Source: the human T2T-CHM13v2.0 reference genome, Homo sapiens
Assembly: GCF_009914755.1 (NCBI RefSeq)
Contig: NC_060943.1
Length of the DNA stretch: 64,000 nucleotides
Strand: one strand, 5' to 3'
The position numbers and the translations under genes were made by a program. The notes beneath the pieces were generated by a model that ran no database searches, had not been told where the DNA came from, and saw only the letters and a program-made list of their open reading frames with translations. The first letter of the stretch is position 1. Each line of letters starts with the position of its first letter. Positions 32,321 through 64,000 of the stretch are shown here, piece after piece.

Positions 32321-32499
32321 GATTTAACTTTTAAATTGAAATTATAAAATATAAATATGTATGTTGCATGCGTAAAACATTGCATAAAGTTACATAAAAC
32401 GTTGCAACCGCCACGGTCCCCTTATCCCCCGCCTCCAGCCCAGTGCCCCGCCCGTCCGTCCCTCTCTTCCGGCGCTGAGGGCGCAGAAACTCGGCGCGG

Positions 32500-32513
32500 C
32501 CACCAGATGGCGC
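32500..32513 (+). promoter_or_regulatory. CTCF consensus site upstream of GADD45B
   Basis: CCACCAGATGGCGC is a full match to the CTCF core, at the edge of the CpG island. Confidence 0.75.
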
Positions 32514-33539
32514 CACCGCGCCTCGCAGCCCCGGGACATTTCGTGCCCCAGCGGTGGGCGGCGCGGAGGAGGTGGGATGCGTCAGCCGGACCCGCGGGCC
32601 GGGGAGCCGGGCAACTGGGGAAAGTGAGCCGCCGGGCGGAGGCCAGACCCCAGGCTGGCGGGGGAGGGGACTCAGATGTGAGTCACCCGGGAGCCCCCAG
32701 TCGACCGTGGGAGACGTTGTCATGCGGGGCCTGCCAGCCTCGCTCCTGAACAGCCTTCCCGGGGCGGCGGAGTCCTGCAGGCGGCCGTGCCTGGCGCACA
32801 CGCGTGGCTCCAACACGAACTAGCCTATGGCCTCACCAAGCCTCAGTTTCCCCTTTTGCATAATGCACATAAGCATCCCCCCTGCTTCCCAGGTCTTGGA
32901 TTAAATCATCCATGAATCCGGAGGGGTGGGGGGTACCAGGTCCGCACCACGCACTCAATGCAGGTCAGCGCCCACCCCGGAGTGAGAAATAAAAGTAGCC
33001 GTCATCCTTGCACGTGGGCCCTGGGTGGCGGCGTGCAGCCGGAGCCTGCACCATTCCCCTCAACAATGGCTTTCTCCCGGGCCTGGAGGCCTCCGCACGG
33101 GCAAAGGCTGGAACGCCAGGCAGCCGGCGGGGGCGGGGCCGCGCCACCTGCACCTCCCACGCGCACCCCACCCTGATACTCGCGGGGTCGGCGAGGAGGC
33201 GCCCACTTTCTTCTCCAGAGCGCCCCGGGCTTTGCAACCTCCCACTTTCGGGGCCCTCGAGGAGGCCTCCCGCGACCACCAGGTGACAGCTGATGTGTAT
33301 TGGGCTCTTACTGTCAGCCGTATTTTATGCCATGCTCTGCAAACCAGCGAGGCCGGCGCTGCAGACCCATTACTCAGACGGGAACAGAGAGGCCGGGAGA
33401 AGCGAAATCACCCAGGGGCTGGGGTCGTCGCAGCCAGGAGAGACTCCGGCCCTCACCACCACCTGGGCGAGATCACGCTGCAAACGGGGCCCCTTCCCGG
33501 TGCAGCCCCTCCACCCCCAGCAGAACTTGGGAAAGGCGC

Positions 33540-33895
33540 GGTCCGGGACTCTCCGCGGATCGGGAGGGGATTCCAGGCCCCCCCGAAAGTCCGGGCCGCC
33601 TCGCGCGCTGGAAATCCCGCGCGCGCCCCGAACCGCGGCTCGGCTGCCGGGAAATCAGGAGAAAAAAACTTCTGCTTTTTTTTCTTTTCTGGCATTCGCG
33701 GTCACCTACCCGGCCCCCGCGCGCCCTCCTCCCGGTTCTCGCCCCCACGTGGGGCGCCCCCGCACGCCGCTCCTCCCCCTCCCCTCCGTCGGCCAACCGC
33801 AGAGCTAGCTGCACTCGCCCTTGTCTTTCCACCAATAGGAGGGGCGAATGACTCCACTGAGGCCACGCCCAATGTTCAAGTCTATAAAAGTCGGT
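33540..33895 (+). promoter_or_regulatory. GADD45B: GADD45B proximal promoter with TATA, two CCAAT boxes, three kappaB sites, E-box and EGR site
   Basis: TATAAAA 33883-33889; CCAAT 33832-33836 and 33869-33873; kB-like GGGACTCTCC 33545-33554, GGGGATTCCA 33566-33575, TGGAAATCCC 33609-33618; CACGTG 33746-33751; CGCCCCCGC 33755-33763. GADD45B is an established NF-kB target. Confidence 0.88.
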
Positions 33896-34145
33896 GCCGG
33901 AGGCTCCCAGCTCAGATCGCCGAAGCGTCGGACTACCGTTGGTTTCCGCAACTTCCTGGATTATCCTCGCCAAGGACTTTGCAATATATTTTTCCGCCTT
34001 TTCTGGAAGGATTTCGCTGCTTCCCGAAGGTCTTGGACGAGCGCTCTAGCTCTGTGGGAAGGTTTTGGGCTCTCTGGCTCGGATTTTGCAATTTCTCCCT
34101 GGGGACTGCCGTGGAGCCGCATCCACTGTGGATTATAATTGCAAC

Positions 34146-34189
34146 ATGACGCTGGAAGAGCTCGTGGCGTGCGACAACGCGGCGCAGAA
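34146..34189 (+). CDS. GADD45B: GADD45 beta coding exon 1
   Basis: ATG ACG CTG GAA GAG... = MTLEELVACDNAAQ(K); donor GTAAGT at 34190. Confidence 0.97.
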
Positions 34190-34315
34190 GTAAGTAGCCG
34201 GGGCTGCCGCCGCCTGAGGTCAGCCGGGACGGGATGGGTCGGGTTGGGCCGGGCCGGGAGCGGAACGTAGCACCCGGTGGTCCGCCCGTCACTGATCCCT
34301 CTTTCCTGGTCTCAG

Positions 34316-34417
34316 GATGCAGACGGTGACCGCCGCGGTGGAGGAGCTTTTGGTGGCCGCTCAGCGCCAGGATCGCCTCACAGTGGGGGTGTACGAGTCG
34401 GCCAAGTTGATGAATGT
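34316..34417 (+). CDS. GADD45B: GADD45 beta exon 2 (102 nt)
   Basis: Acceptor CTCAG ends at 34315; [33 protein letters not shown](V); donor GTGAGT at 34418. Confidence 0.97.
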
Positions 34418-34815
34418 GTGAGTCAGACCCCCTTCCCGGGCTGGGCGCGGGTGGGACGGGACCTCCCCTCCGCTCTGGACGCTTTCCGCACGCTTGTCTT
34501 GCATGGAGCTGGGACTTCCCCAAGTGCCCCCCGCTGTGGATGCAGAGCTTCTCTGCCGTTTTGTGGATCGGGGGCTGCCGTATCCTGATGTATCGTCTGC
34601 AAACACCCCTCCCGCCGTGGGCCTGTCTCCCCCTACCCCATACTTTGAACCGTGTGCCCTCCCCTCCCCCCACCGTCACCAGCTTGCAGAGGCAATCCCC
34701 TGCACCCTTGCAGTTTCTCTTTTGCTCTTGCACGCTCCTTTTTTGCAAACTCCCCCTGCACGGTGGCCCCTCCCCTGTCCCCGGCTGACCCATCCCTACC
34801 CTTTGGCCCCCTCAG

Positions 34816-35038
34816 GGACCCAGACAGCGTGGTCCTCTGCCTCTTGGCCATTGACGAGGAGGAGGAGGATGACATCGCCCTGCAAATCCACTTCACGCTC
34901 ATCCAGTCCTTCTGCTGTGACAACGACATCAACATCGTGCGGGTGTCGGGCATGCAGCGCCTGGCGCAGCTCCTGGGAGAGCCGGCCGAGACCCAGGGCA
35001 CCACCGAGGCCCGAGACCTGCATTGTCTCCTGGTCACG
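34816..35038 (+). CDS. GADD45B: GADD45 beta exon 3 (223 nt)
   Basis: [74 protein letters not shown] (L7Ae/Gadd45 fold); AG/GT boundaries intact. Confidence 0.98.
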
Positions 35039-35274
35039 GTGAGTCGGGCCTCTGCCCTGCCCCGCTACGCCCGGGCACCTGGGCCGGTGTTTGTCAACAA
35101 AGTCGGGCTGACTGGTCCTGCACAGCTCAGCGCTCAGCCACGTTTGGCATGTCCCGTGGGCAGCCGGGCTGGGGCCTCCTCACCCAGGAAGCTATTTTGA
35201 GCCTGACTGTTTTCCCCACACAGGGGCCCCGGGAGAGGGAGGCTCCACTAAACCCCTTCTTTTCCCTCCTACAG

Positions 35275-35388
35275 AACCCTCACACGGACGCCTGGAAGAG
35301 CCACGGCTTGGTGGAGGTGGCCAGCTACTGCGAAGAAAGCCGGGGCAACAACCAGTGGGTCCCCTACATCTCTCTTCAGGAACGCTGA
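35275..35388 (+). CDS. GADD45B: GADD45 beta coding exon 4 to stop; spliced CDS 483 nt, 160 aa
   Basis: Acceptor TTCTTTTCCCTCCTACAG; [40 protein letters not shown]. Confidence 0.98.
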   Translation, partial: NPHTDAWKSHGLVEVASYCEESRGNNQWVPYISLQER

Positions 35389-36026
35389 GGCCCTTCCCAG
35401 CAGCAGAATCTGTTGAGTTGCTGCCACAAACAAAAAATACAATAAATATTTGAACCCCCCTCCCCCCCAGCACAACCCCCCCAAAACAACCCAACCCACG
35501 AGGACCATCGGGGGCAGAGTCGTTGGAGACTGAAGAGGAAGAGGAGGAGGAGAAGGGGAGTGAGCGGCCGCCCCCAGGGCGGAGATCCAGGAGCTGGCGG
35601 CCGCCGATCCGATGGAGAAGGGGGGACCCAGGCCAGCAGGAGACAGGACCCCCGAAGCTGAGGCCTTGGGATGGAGCAGAAGCCGGAGTGGCGGGGCACG
35701 CTGCCGCCTTCCCCATCACGGAGGGTCCAGACTGTCCACTCGGGGGTGGAGTGAGACTGACTGCAAGCCCCACCCTCCTTGAGACTGGAGCTGGCGTCTG
35801 CATACGAGAGACTTGGTTGAACTTGGTTGGTCCTTGTCTGCACCCTCGACAAGACCACACTTTGGGACTTGGGAGCTGGGGCTGAAGTTGCTCTGTACCC
35901 ATGAACTCCCAGTTTGCGAATTATAGAGACAATCTATTTTGTTACTTGCACTTGTTATTCGAACCACTGAGAGCGAGATGGGAAGCATAGATATCTATAT
36001 TTTTATTTCTACTATGAGGGCCTTGT

Positions 36027-36032
36027 AATAAA
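36027..36032 (+). terminator. GADD45B: GADD45B distal polyadenylation signal
   Basis: AATAAA after an AT-rich 3'UTR segment, followed by a GT-rich downstream element (CTGGTTGCTTGTATGTTTT). Confidence 0.85.
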
Positions 36033-37494
36033 TTTCTAAAGCCTCTGGTTGCTTGTATGTTTTCGGCTTCTAGAACAACTAGGACCCCTGCCCCCTCCCC
36101 GGGGACACGCTTCACCCCCCACAACCCCCGCCAGCTCACCAGGAAGTGTTACTTAAGCCCGTTAGCAGCTCCAGGCTCCCGTGCAGAAACAGTACCCCTT
36201 CTCTCCGCAGCAGGCGCCGCCACCGACTCCAACAAATCTATGCCTCTTTTTTTTTTTCCTTCTCCTCCTACCCTGCAGCAATTAAGAGACCGGTTTATTA
36301 CGAAACCTGGCCGCCGTGCCACCACTGTTACTGGCTGTGCAGGAGCCAACCCCAAGCTCTGGGCACATATGGAGGCATTTCAGCGGGAGGGGGTGCTGGC
36401 TGCAGCCCCTGACCGCCTAGGCGGCCACCGCAGCCCAAGGTCCGGATCGGTCAAGGGGGCACCTGGTACCACACAGCGAGGTGAGCTCAGGGCTTGCAAG
36501 GAAGAGCGCTTTTGGAGGCTTCCCCAGGGAGTGCCCCCCCAGCCCACCACAGCCTTCTCCATCCCAGGATAGGCCTCTCTTTTGCACTAAAGAAAAAAAC
36601 TTTTTTTATTTCCGCAAACTAAAATCAACAAGCAGAAAAATACCCCAGGAAGTCGGCCTCCGGGCCAGCCGGGCTTGGCGCAGTGCTGCGTTTTGCCTGT
36701 AAACCGAAACTGCGAGCCCTGGCCAGCCACCTCCTACTTCTCCCAAAGTTGCAGGCGCGGTGGTGACTCCCCCTGCCCCGGGCTGGGAGCGTGGCCCAGC
36801 CCTTCCGTGCCCGGCCTCAGTCTTCCCGCCCCGGGTCTGCAGAGTGGGCCCGCCCTGGCCAGGCGCCGGGACGACCTCGGTTCCCCTCTGCCCTGCAGCC
36901 CCCAAGCCTGGGAACTAGGGGGGAGTGGGGAGGGGGTGGGGTGGTCCTGCCCGCAGGCCGCGACCTTTCCACGGAGCCTCACGTGGGCGCATGAGGAAAA
37001 CCCCAGCGGCTCCCTAGGAGTCACGGGGATCGGGGGAGCCCCGACGGGGGAGGGAGAGAGAGAAGGAGGGGGAAGTCCCAGAGGGAGAAGCGGGGAGGGG
37101 AGAGGATCCCGCCTGGGGCTAGGAGGAGGGGAGAACTGAAGTGGGGAGAGGGGAGCCCAAGAAGGGGAAGGGGAATCCCCCACAGCCCTGAACCAACAGG
37201 GAAACCCCGGGAGGGGGGTAGACAGGTAGGAGTCCCGAAGGGGTTGGGGGAGGGGAGAATGGAGGCGAAGAGGCGGGAGCCCCGAGGGGGTAGGGGGTGA
37301 TGGAGTGGGGATCCCTGAGATGGAGCCCAAGAGGGGAGGGCACCTGGGAAGAGTGACAGAGGGCGAGGGGCTCTTGAGGGATTGGGGTGCGGGAGAACAT
37401 GTGGGGCCAAAACCCAAGGGGGCTCCAGGTGGGGAAGGACCAGGTGGGGCAAGGGTGCGCCTAGCGGCGGCCTGGAAAAGCTCTGGCTTTTCTT

Positions 37495-45340
<7,846 letters not shown>

Positions 45341-45434
45341 ATCTACTTATTAACCAACTGCATCCCCCGTTTGAGGGGTGTTCTGGGGTGTTGACTCCCT
45401 GGTACTTCCTGCCTACCCAGAGGGGGTTCTCGGT

Positions 45435-45620
45435 GAGTGTCTGTACGCAGGTGGGTGCCTGCACACAGTAGGTGCTGCATGTCTCTGGGTGTCTGCACAC
45501 AGTAGGCATGGCACGCAGGTGGGGCTCTGCACACAGTAGGCCTTGCGTGCAATAAAGACGCTGCACACAGCAGGTGTTTGCATGAAGGAGAGGGGCTGCA
45601 CGCAGTAGGTTTGCACACTG
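45435..45620. repeat. Degenerate 34-bp tandem repeat (array A)
   Basis: CTGCACACAGTAGG-like core, TGCAC at 45460, 45494, 45528, 45562 and 45597. Confidence 0.85.
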
Positions 45621-45810
45621 TTAGAGAAAGACCCCAGGCAAAGGGACACGGGAAGCCGTTGGACTGTAGGAAATTGTCGGAAGCCAGCTCCCAGGTGGCC
45701 AAGGGGACATAGCAGCATCTGCCATGCCCTTTTGTGCACTTTAAGCACTGGTTCTCAGACTTCAGGGTGCATTGGCAACCCCCTGGGTACCCCCCTTTTT
45801 TTTTTTTTAA

Positions 45811-45972
<162 letters not shown>

Positions 45973-46499
45973 TAAACCGGGTCTCCCCTTTTCTAGGACA
46001 CAGCAGAAGGAATGCAGAGGCTTCCTGAGCCGTCACTCTTCCTTACTTTCTCCCGGGACCCCCTTCTCTCTGCAGACCACCGCCAAGAGCCCAGCCCTCA
46101 GAGCCCCAGAACTCCCTGCAGCTTCCCAGCTCTAGGCCTTGGCCCCTGTGATCTCCACCTCGTGGTCGGGGCAGTGCCCAGCCAGGGCTCCGGGGAGGCG
46201 AGGGAGGAACCAGGGTGGGTCTCCTTGGAGGAAGCAGAGAGTCACGGAGTCTTGCAGAGAGAGGCTCAGAGCCCTGCACGTCACTTTCTCCAGCCCCCAC
46301 CCCAGAGCCTGGAGCATGCTCCCCGGACATGTAGGTCACGCGACCCACAGCTTTACAGATCCCTAGGGATCCAGGAGGGACCCCCGAGACCCAGAACGAC
46401 CCATAGCCACACAGTGGGAAGGCCAAGGACCTGCTCCCCAGGACGCTGGGCCAGGGAGACCGCAGGCACACGGGACAGCCACACCAGAGCTGCATCTGG

Positions 46500-51880
<5,381 letters not shown>

Positions 51881-52149
51881 TCACTGAGCATGCTTTGAAG
51901 GCGAGTGCGTTCCTCTTGACTGCTGAACTTTCATTCTATGAACCGACCTCCGTTGACCTGTTCCCCTCTGAATGGAGGGGTATTTGAGCTCTTCCCAGGT
52001 TTTGGTGATGAGGAACAAAGCCGCTACGTGCATTTACCTCCTGGTCTCTGTGTGCTCCTAAGTTGTGTATTTCTTTCAGATAGTACCAAGAGAAGTGAGG
52101 TTGCTGGGTCCCCGTAACCTTATAGGGTAAATACTATTATTACATCCAC

Positions 52150-54130
52150 TTTGTTGATCGGGAGAATAGACGCCGCCAGGCCTCCTGTCTCTCGCTTTCA
52201 CACAAAGGCACATACGGCAGACACGGACCCCCATCACTCATCCATCACTTTCCCATCACTCACCGCAGACCCTCCAGGACCCACGCAGAAACCCAGGGCT
52301 CCCCCACGGTGCACGCAGCACCCAGGCTGCCCGCCCTCCACCCAGGGCCGCGTCACGCCCGACACCCCCGGAACAGACGCCTATGAGGCCTGCAGCTCCA
52401 GACGGGCTGCAGACACACAGCGATTTGTTCATCTTTCCAGCCACCCCGTCTGGTCTTGACAGTAATTAGCTCCCAGACTGGTGGGGAGACGGTGAACAGC
52501 CTGAGAGTCATCGCCCACGGCTCCACGCCCACAGGCCACGGGCACCGGGAGAGAGGGTGAATGAGTGTGTGTGTGTGTGTGAGTGTGTGTGTCCGGAATC
52601 TGTACTCTCCAGCCAGGGCTCCCCATCCTCCTGCAAAGGGCCAGCACCGTGCACGGGTACCCACGGCGCCTTCCAAGGGGAACGTGCACAGGCATACCCA
52701 CTGTTCATTCCACGAAGGATCGTGCACACGCATGCCTACCTTTGCATTTCACGCGGGATTGTGCACACGCATGTCCACCGTGCCTTCCACGCGGGATCGT
52801 GCACACGCATGTCCACGAACTCCTGCACACCTACACCCACCAGGCCTGCCCATGCGATGCGTCCCTGCAGACCCACTGTGGACGCCTGCTTGTCGGCGTC
52901 CTGCGCATCCCGCGTGAGTGGAGTGTGCACTCGTGGAGGGGGCGACTGAGTGCGGGGCAAGCGCAAGCGCAAGCACACTGGGCTCGCGGAGGGTGGAGAG
53001 AGGCCGTGCGCGTTCCCGGGGCTGGCGCGGAGGTGGGGTCAGCGGCGCGGGAGAACGCCCCGCCCCGCTACCGCCAGCCCGGAAGACCCACGGCGGCGGG
53101 CGCTGGCGTCACGGGTTTCCACTGGGGCCCCGGCGCCGGGGCCGGGATTCCCTGGCGCAGGAACGCCCGTGACGGCGGCGCCTGCCTGCGTCGGCCGCGC
53201 TGGGAGGTTTGAGCCTGGGGATGACATCAGCCCCTGCGTTTCTGGAGCTGGCCCGGGCGGGACGGGGACTTGGAGAAAGCAGTGACACCCACTTTCGTTG
53301 ACTGCCAACCCGTGCAGAGCGCTTAGTGCGTGTCCGACCGTGAGCTGAGCGCTGTGATGCGGGTGCTGTTAATGTCCCATTGCACAGATGGGGAAACTGA
53401 GGCCGGCGCACTGCCCGCCCCGCCGGGCCCCCAGAGTGAGGGCCCGGGGCTGGGAGCAGCCTTTTCCCAGCGCCCTCTGCAGTGTAGAGACCCACCAGCT
53501 TGTCTCCCGCTCTCTCCTGCACAAGCCGGCTCAGAGAGGGTCTGCGGGTGTCCTGGCACCACCCAGCAAGTTGGGTGCTGCAGCCAGCTCTGTCCATACA
53601 GTTGGTCTCTGCCCAGCTGCGGTGGCCAGGGGCGGTGCCTGAGCCAGGGCGCCCGGGCGGCCCGGTGGGGTGTGCCCAGCCGCTGCCTTCCTGCTGACGC
53701 CGGTGCCAAGGGATCTAAATATAGCCTGGGAGGAGGCAAGGGCTATTTTTAACGCGAGTGGCTTGGCCCCTCCCAGTTCCCGGGTCAGGAGCCCTTTGGT
53801 CCAGGATTTTGGGGAGGGGCAGGGGCGAGGGGGAGCCAGGGGCCCCACACCCGCCTGGGCCTGCCCCTCTGCCCACACCTGGCCCTGGAAGACTCTAGGG
53901 GACGAAGGGCCGTAGAGGGAGGGCAGGGTGGGGGGGCTGTCGCAGGTCACCTTTCTTAAACGCCACCTCCTCTCTAGCTGCCGACCAGCCCTGGCCTTTT
54001 GTTGGGCCCAGAGACTGCTTTCTATTTTGGGAAGGTGTTGGAATAATTTCCTTGGCTATTTTTAGCCGGTTCGGGGATTCCTCCACTCAGGCTGGCCGCC
54101 CTGCCTCTCCTCCTCCTCCTCCTCCTCCTA
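52150..54130. promoter_or_regulatory. Distal CpG-rich enhancer-like region with MEF2 sites
   Basis: CpG-rich unique sequence; MEF2 consensus at 53715-53724, 53743-53752 and 54056-54065. Confidence 0.6.
52640..52830. repeat. Degenerate ~38-bp tandem repeat, about 5 copies
   Basis: GTGCAC at 52649, 52684, 52722, 52761 and 52799; unit resembles TTCCACGCGGGATCGTGCACACGCATGTCCACCGTGCC. Confidence 0.75.
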
Positions 54131-54599
54131 GTCGTCTTCCTCCTCCCGGCAGACCCAAGGGCGGCCTCCTTCATGGAGGGCAGTCAGGGACACACAGTCC
54201 TTGAGCCAGACCCAGAATGGGGAGACCCCTATATTTCCTGGGTCGGGGAGGGAAGGGAGCTCTGAAGGGTGTTCCCACGTTCCAGGTGAGCAGGACTTTC
54301 AGACCTCTGGGAATCCATGACGCCAGGTATCTGAATTCTGTCTCCAGGGCAGGGTGGGGCGACCCAGCAGCCTCTGACCTTTCACCTCCTTTCAGGGTTG
54401 TCACAGGAAAGTGGCCTGCTGAGAACAGACCTTGACTCCCACATCCCTAGGCTAGGGGCTCCCATGTTCCCAAGAGGAAGATCAGTGTGATGAGGGTAAA
54501 CTGAGGCACAGAGGGGACACTGGGATGGGACACATCTTGGGCTCATTCCCTGATGGTTTCATTTCCTTCCACATTCTACCTTTGTTTTTAATTTTTTTT

Positions 54600-61676
<7,077 letters not shown>

Positions 61677-61772
61677 TAATGACTTCAATCTGTTGTGACT
61701 TTTTTTCTGTCCTAATAGCTTAAGCAAACCCCTTCTGGAATATCTGAAAAATATGTTGGTGGGTGTATGAGA

Positions 61773-61962
61773 CAGGGCCGACTTCATGGGTGTGCGACTT
61801 GTGAGTCACCCAGGGCCCCATGATCAGAAGCGCTGTGTGGTCGGAAGGGCCCCACCCTTGGTTTAATGCTGCTGTCATTGTCTTGAAATTCTTAAACATT
61901 TTTGAAAAAGGGCCCTGTGTTTTCATTTTTTACTGAGCCCTGCACGTTACATGGCCGGTCCT
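61773..61962. mobile_element. MER91-like hAT DNA transposon remnant
   Basis: Termini CAGGGCCGAC...GGCCGGTCCTG; internal GTCTTGAAATTCTTAA..TTTTTGAAAAAGGGCCC. Confidence 0.6.
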
Positions 61963-62689
61963 GGTATGAGACCCTCTTATGCTCCCCTGCAGAGCCCCTC
62001 GACCTCACCCACTCACGGGCTAGCTCCGTCAGGTGTTGACGGATGTCACTCAGGTGTGAGCTCTGCACCTGAGCTCCCCCCTGCACACAGGCAGCCACAA
62101 CCAGTCAGTGCAGAGGTGAGCCTGTGGCCAGTGAGGAGCCGGTGAGTCAACCTCCTCCCGCCTACGGGCCCTGAGACGCCGGCTCCGTGAGCTTGCGGGG
62201 TCGAGGGCGCCTATATTAAGCCAAGGCTGAGGCAGTGACACACCCTCTTATGGGCCTGCTCTCGCTCCCTGCTTCATTGTCCTGGTCTCTCCCTCTCGTA
62301 TGGAGGATCAGACTGGACTCCCCCAGAAAACAAGAGCATATGAACCTTCTGTCTCAGGCTCTGCCTCTGGGGAGCCCAAGCTATGGTTGGCTGAATAGCA
62401 GCCGGCAAAGATGTCCTTGTTCTAATTCCGGGAGCACAGGGGTATGTCACCTTCCACGGCAACAGAGACTCTGCAGGTGCGATTGAGTGAAGGACTCTGA
62501 GATGGGAGAGCAGCCTGGATGATCTGGAGTCCCCAGTGTCCTCACAGGGTCCCTCATAAGAAAGACTAGAAGAGGCTGCGCTCCTGGCTGCGAAGGTGGA
62601 GGAAGGGGCCCCGAGCTGAGGGATGTGAGCCCCTCGACGCTGGGAAAGACGAGGAGTTGGATTCTTTTTTTTTTTTTTAATTTAAAATA

Positions 62690-63635
<946 letters not shown>

Positions 63636-64000
63636 TAGCCAGGATGGTCTCGATTTCCTGACCTCGCGATCCACCCTCCTCAGCCTCCCAAAGTGCTGGG
63701 ATTACAGGCGTGAGCCACTGCGCCCAGCCAGGATGTATCATTTTAAATCTTAGTTTGTGGAACAGTTTTCTAACTAAGCATGTCACAAAACCTAGAGAAT
63801 CAAGAAAGGAACATGTTGATGAGTTTTGTGTGCCAGACATAAAAATCTAAATGATAGTCTAGGAGAAAATATTTGCAACACTTGTAACAGACCAGAATTA
63901 ACAAGCCTGCGTAAAAAGTGTCTTTCATCCCAAAGAAATATGCAAGTGATTTAATTAGGAAATAAACAGGCTGGGTGCAGTGGCACACACCTGTAATCCC

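Larger units (their letters stand above)
32400..35100. promoter_or_regulatory. GADD45B CpG island
   Basis: High GC and CpG density across the upstream region and gene body; AP-1 TGAGTCA at 32679-32685. Confidence 0.8.

Noticed and set aside
33276-33290. CTCF-like CCACCAGGTGACAGC, and TCACCAGAGGGGCA near 17880
   Set aside because: Mismatch or register shift in the critical GGC core.
33025-35902. Long ORFs overlapping GADD45B (374 aa plus; 286 and 236 aa minus)
   Set aside because: Stop-poor GC-rich frames over the promoter, introns and UTR with no recognisable domains.

Overview
Human (primate) genomic DNA, GC-rich and very Alu-dense, recognisable as the LMNB2-GADD45B interval (19p13.3 by recall). 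It holds LMNB2 (lamin B2) exons 1-2 and promoter on the minus strand, the complete four-exon GADD45B gene (160 aa) on the plus strand, a decayed U6 snRNA retrocopy, about six CpG-rich islands, several minisatellites, and many Alu, L1, L2, MIR, MER and LTR remnants. Almost all other ORFs in the track are Alu, repeat or GC artefacts. The most interesting unexplained structure lies downstream of GADD45B. Two inverted copies of a 34-bp degenerate repeat (about 45.4-45.6 kb and 47.8-48.25 kb) carry 19 metal-response-element cores (TGCRCNC) and flank a motif-rich CpG island. Further MRE clusters follow at 49 kb and 52.7 kb, then a triple MEF2 cluster and paired CREs, mostly inside a candidate convergent CTCF pair. 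This is a candidate repeat-built metal/stress enhancer system, inferred from motifs only. Other notable items are a recursive-splice-like LMNB2 exon 2, an in-frame alternative acceptor and a proximal poly(A) signal in GADD45B, and two short locally templated insertions. Repeat-family names come from recalled consensus sequences and their boundaries are approximate.
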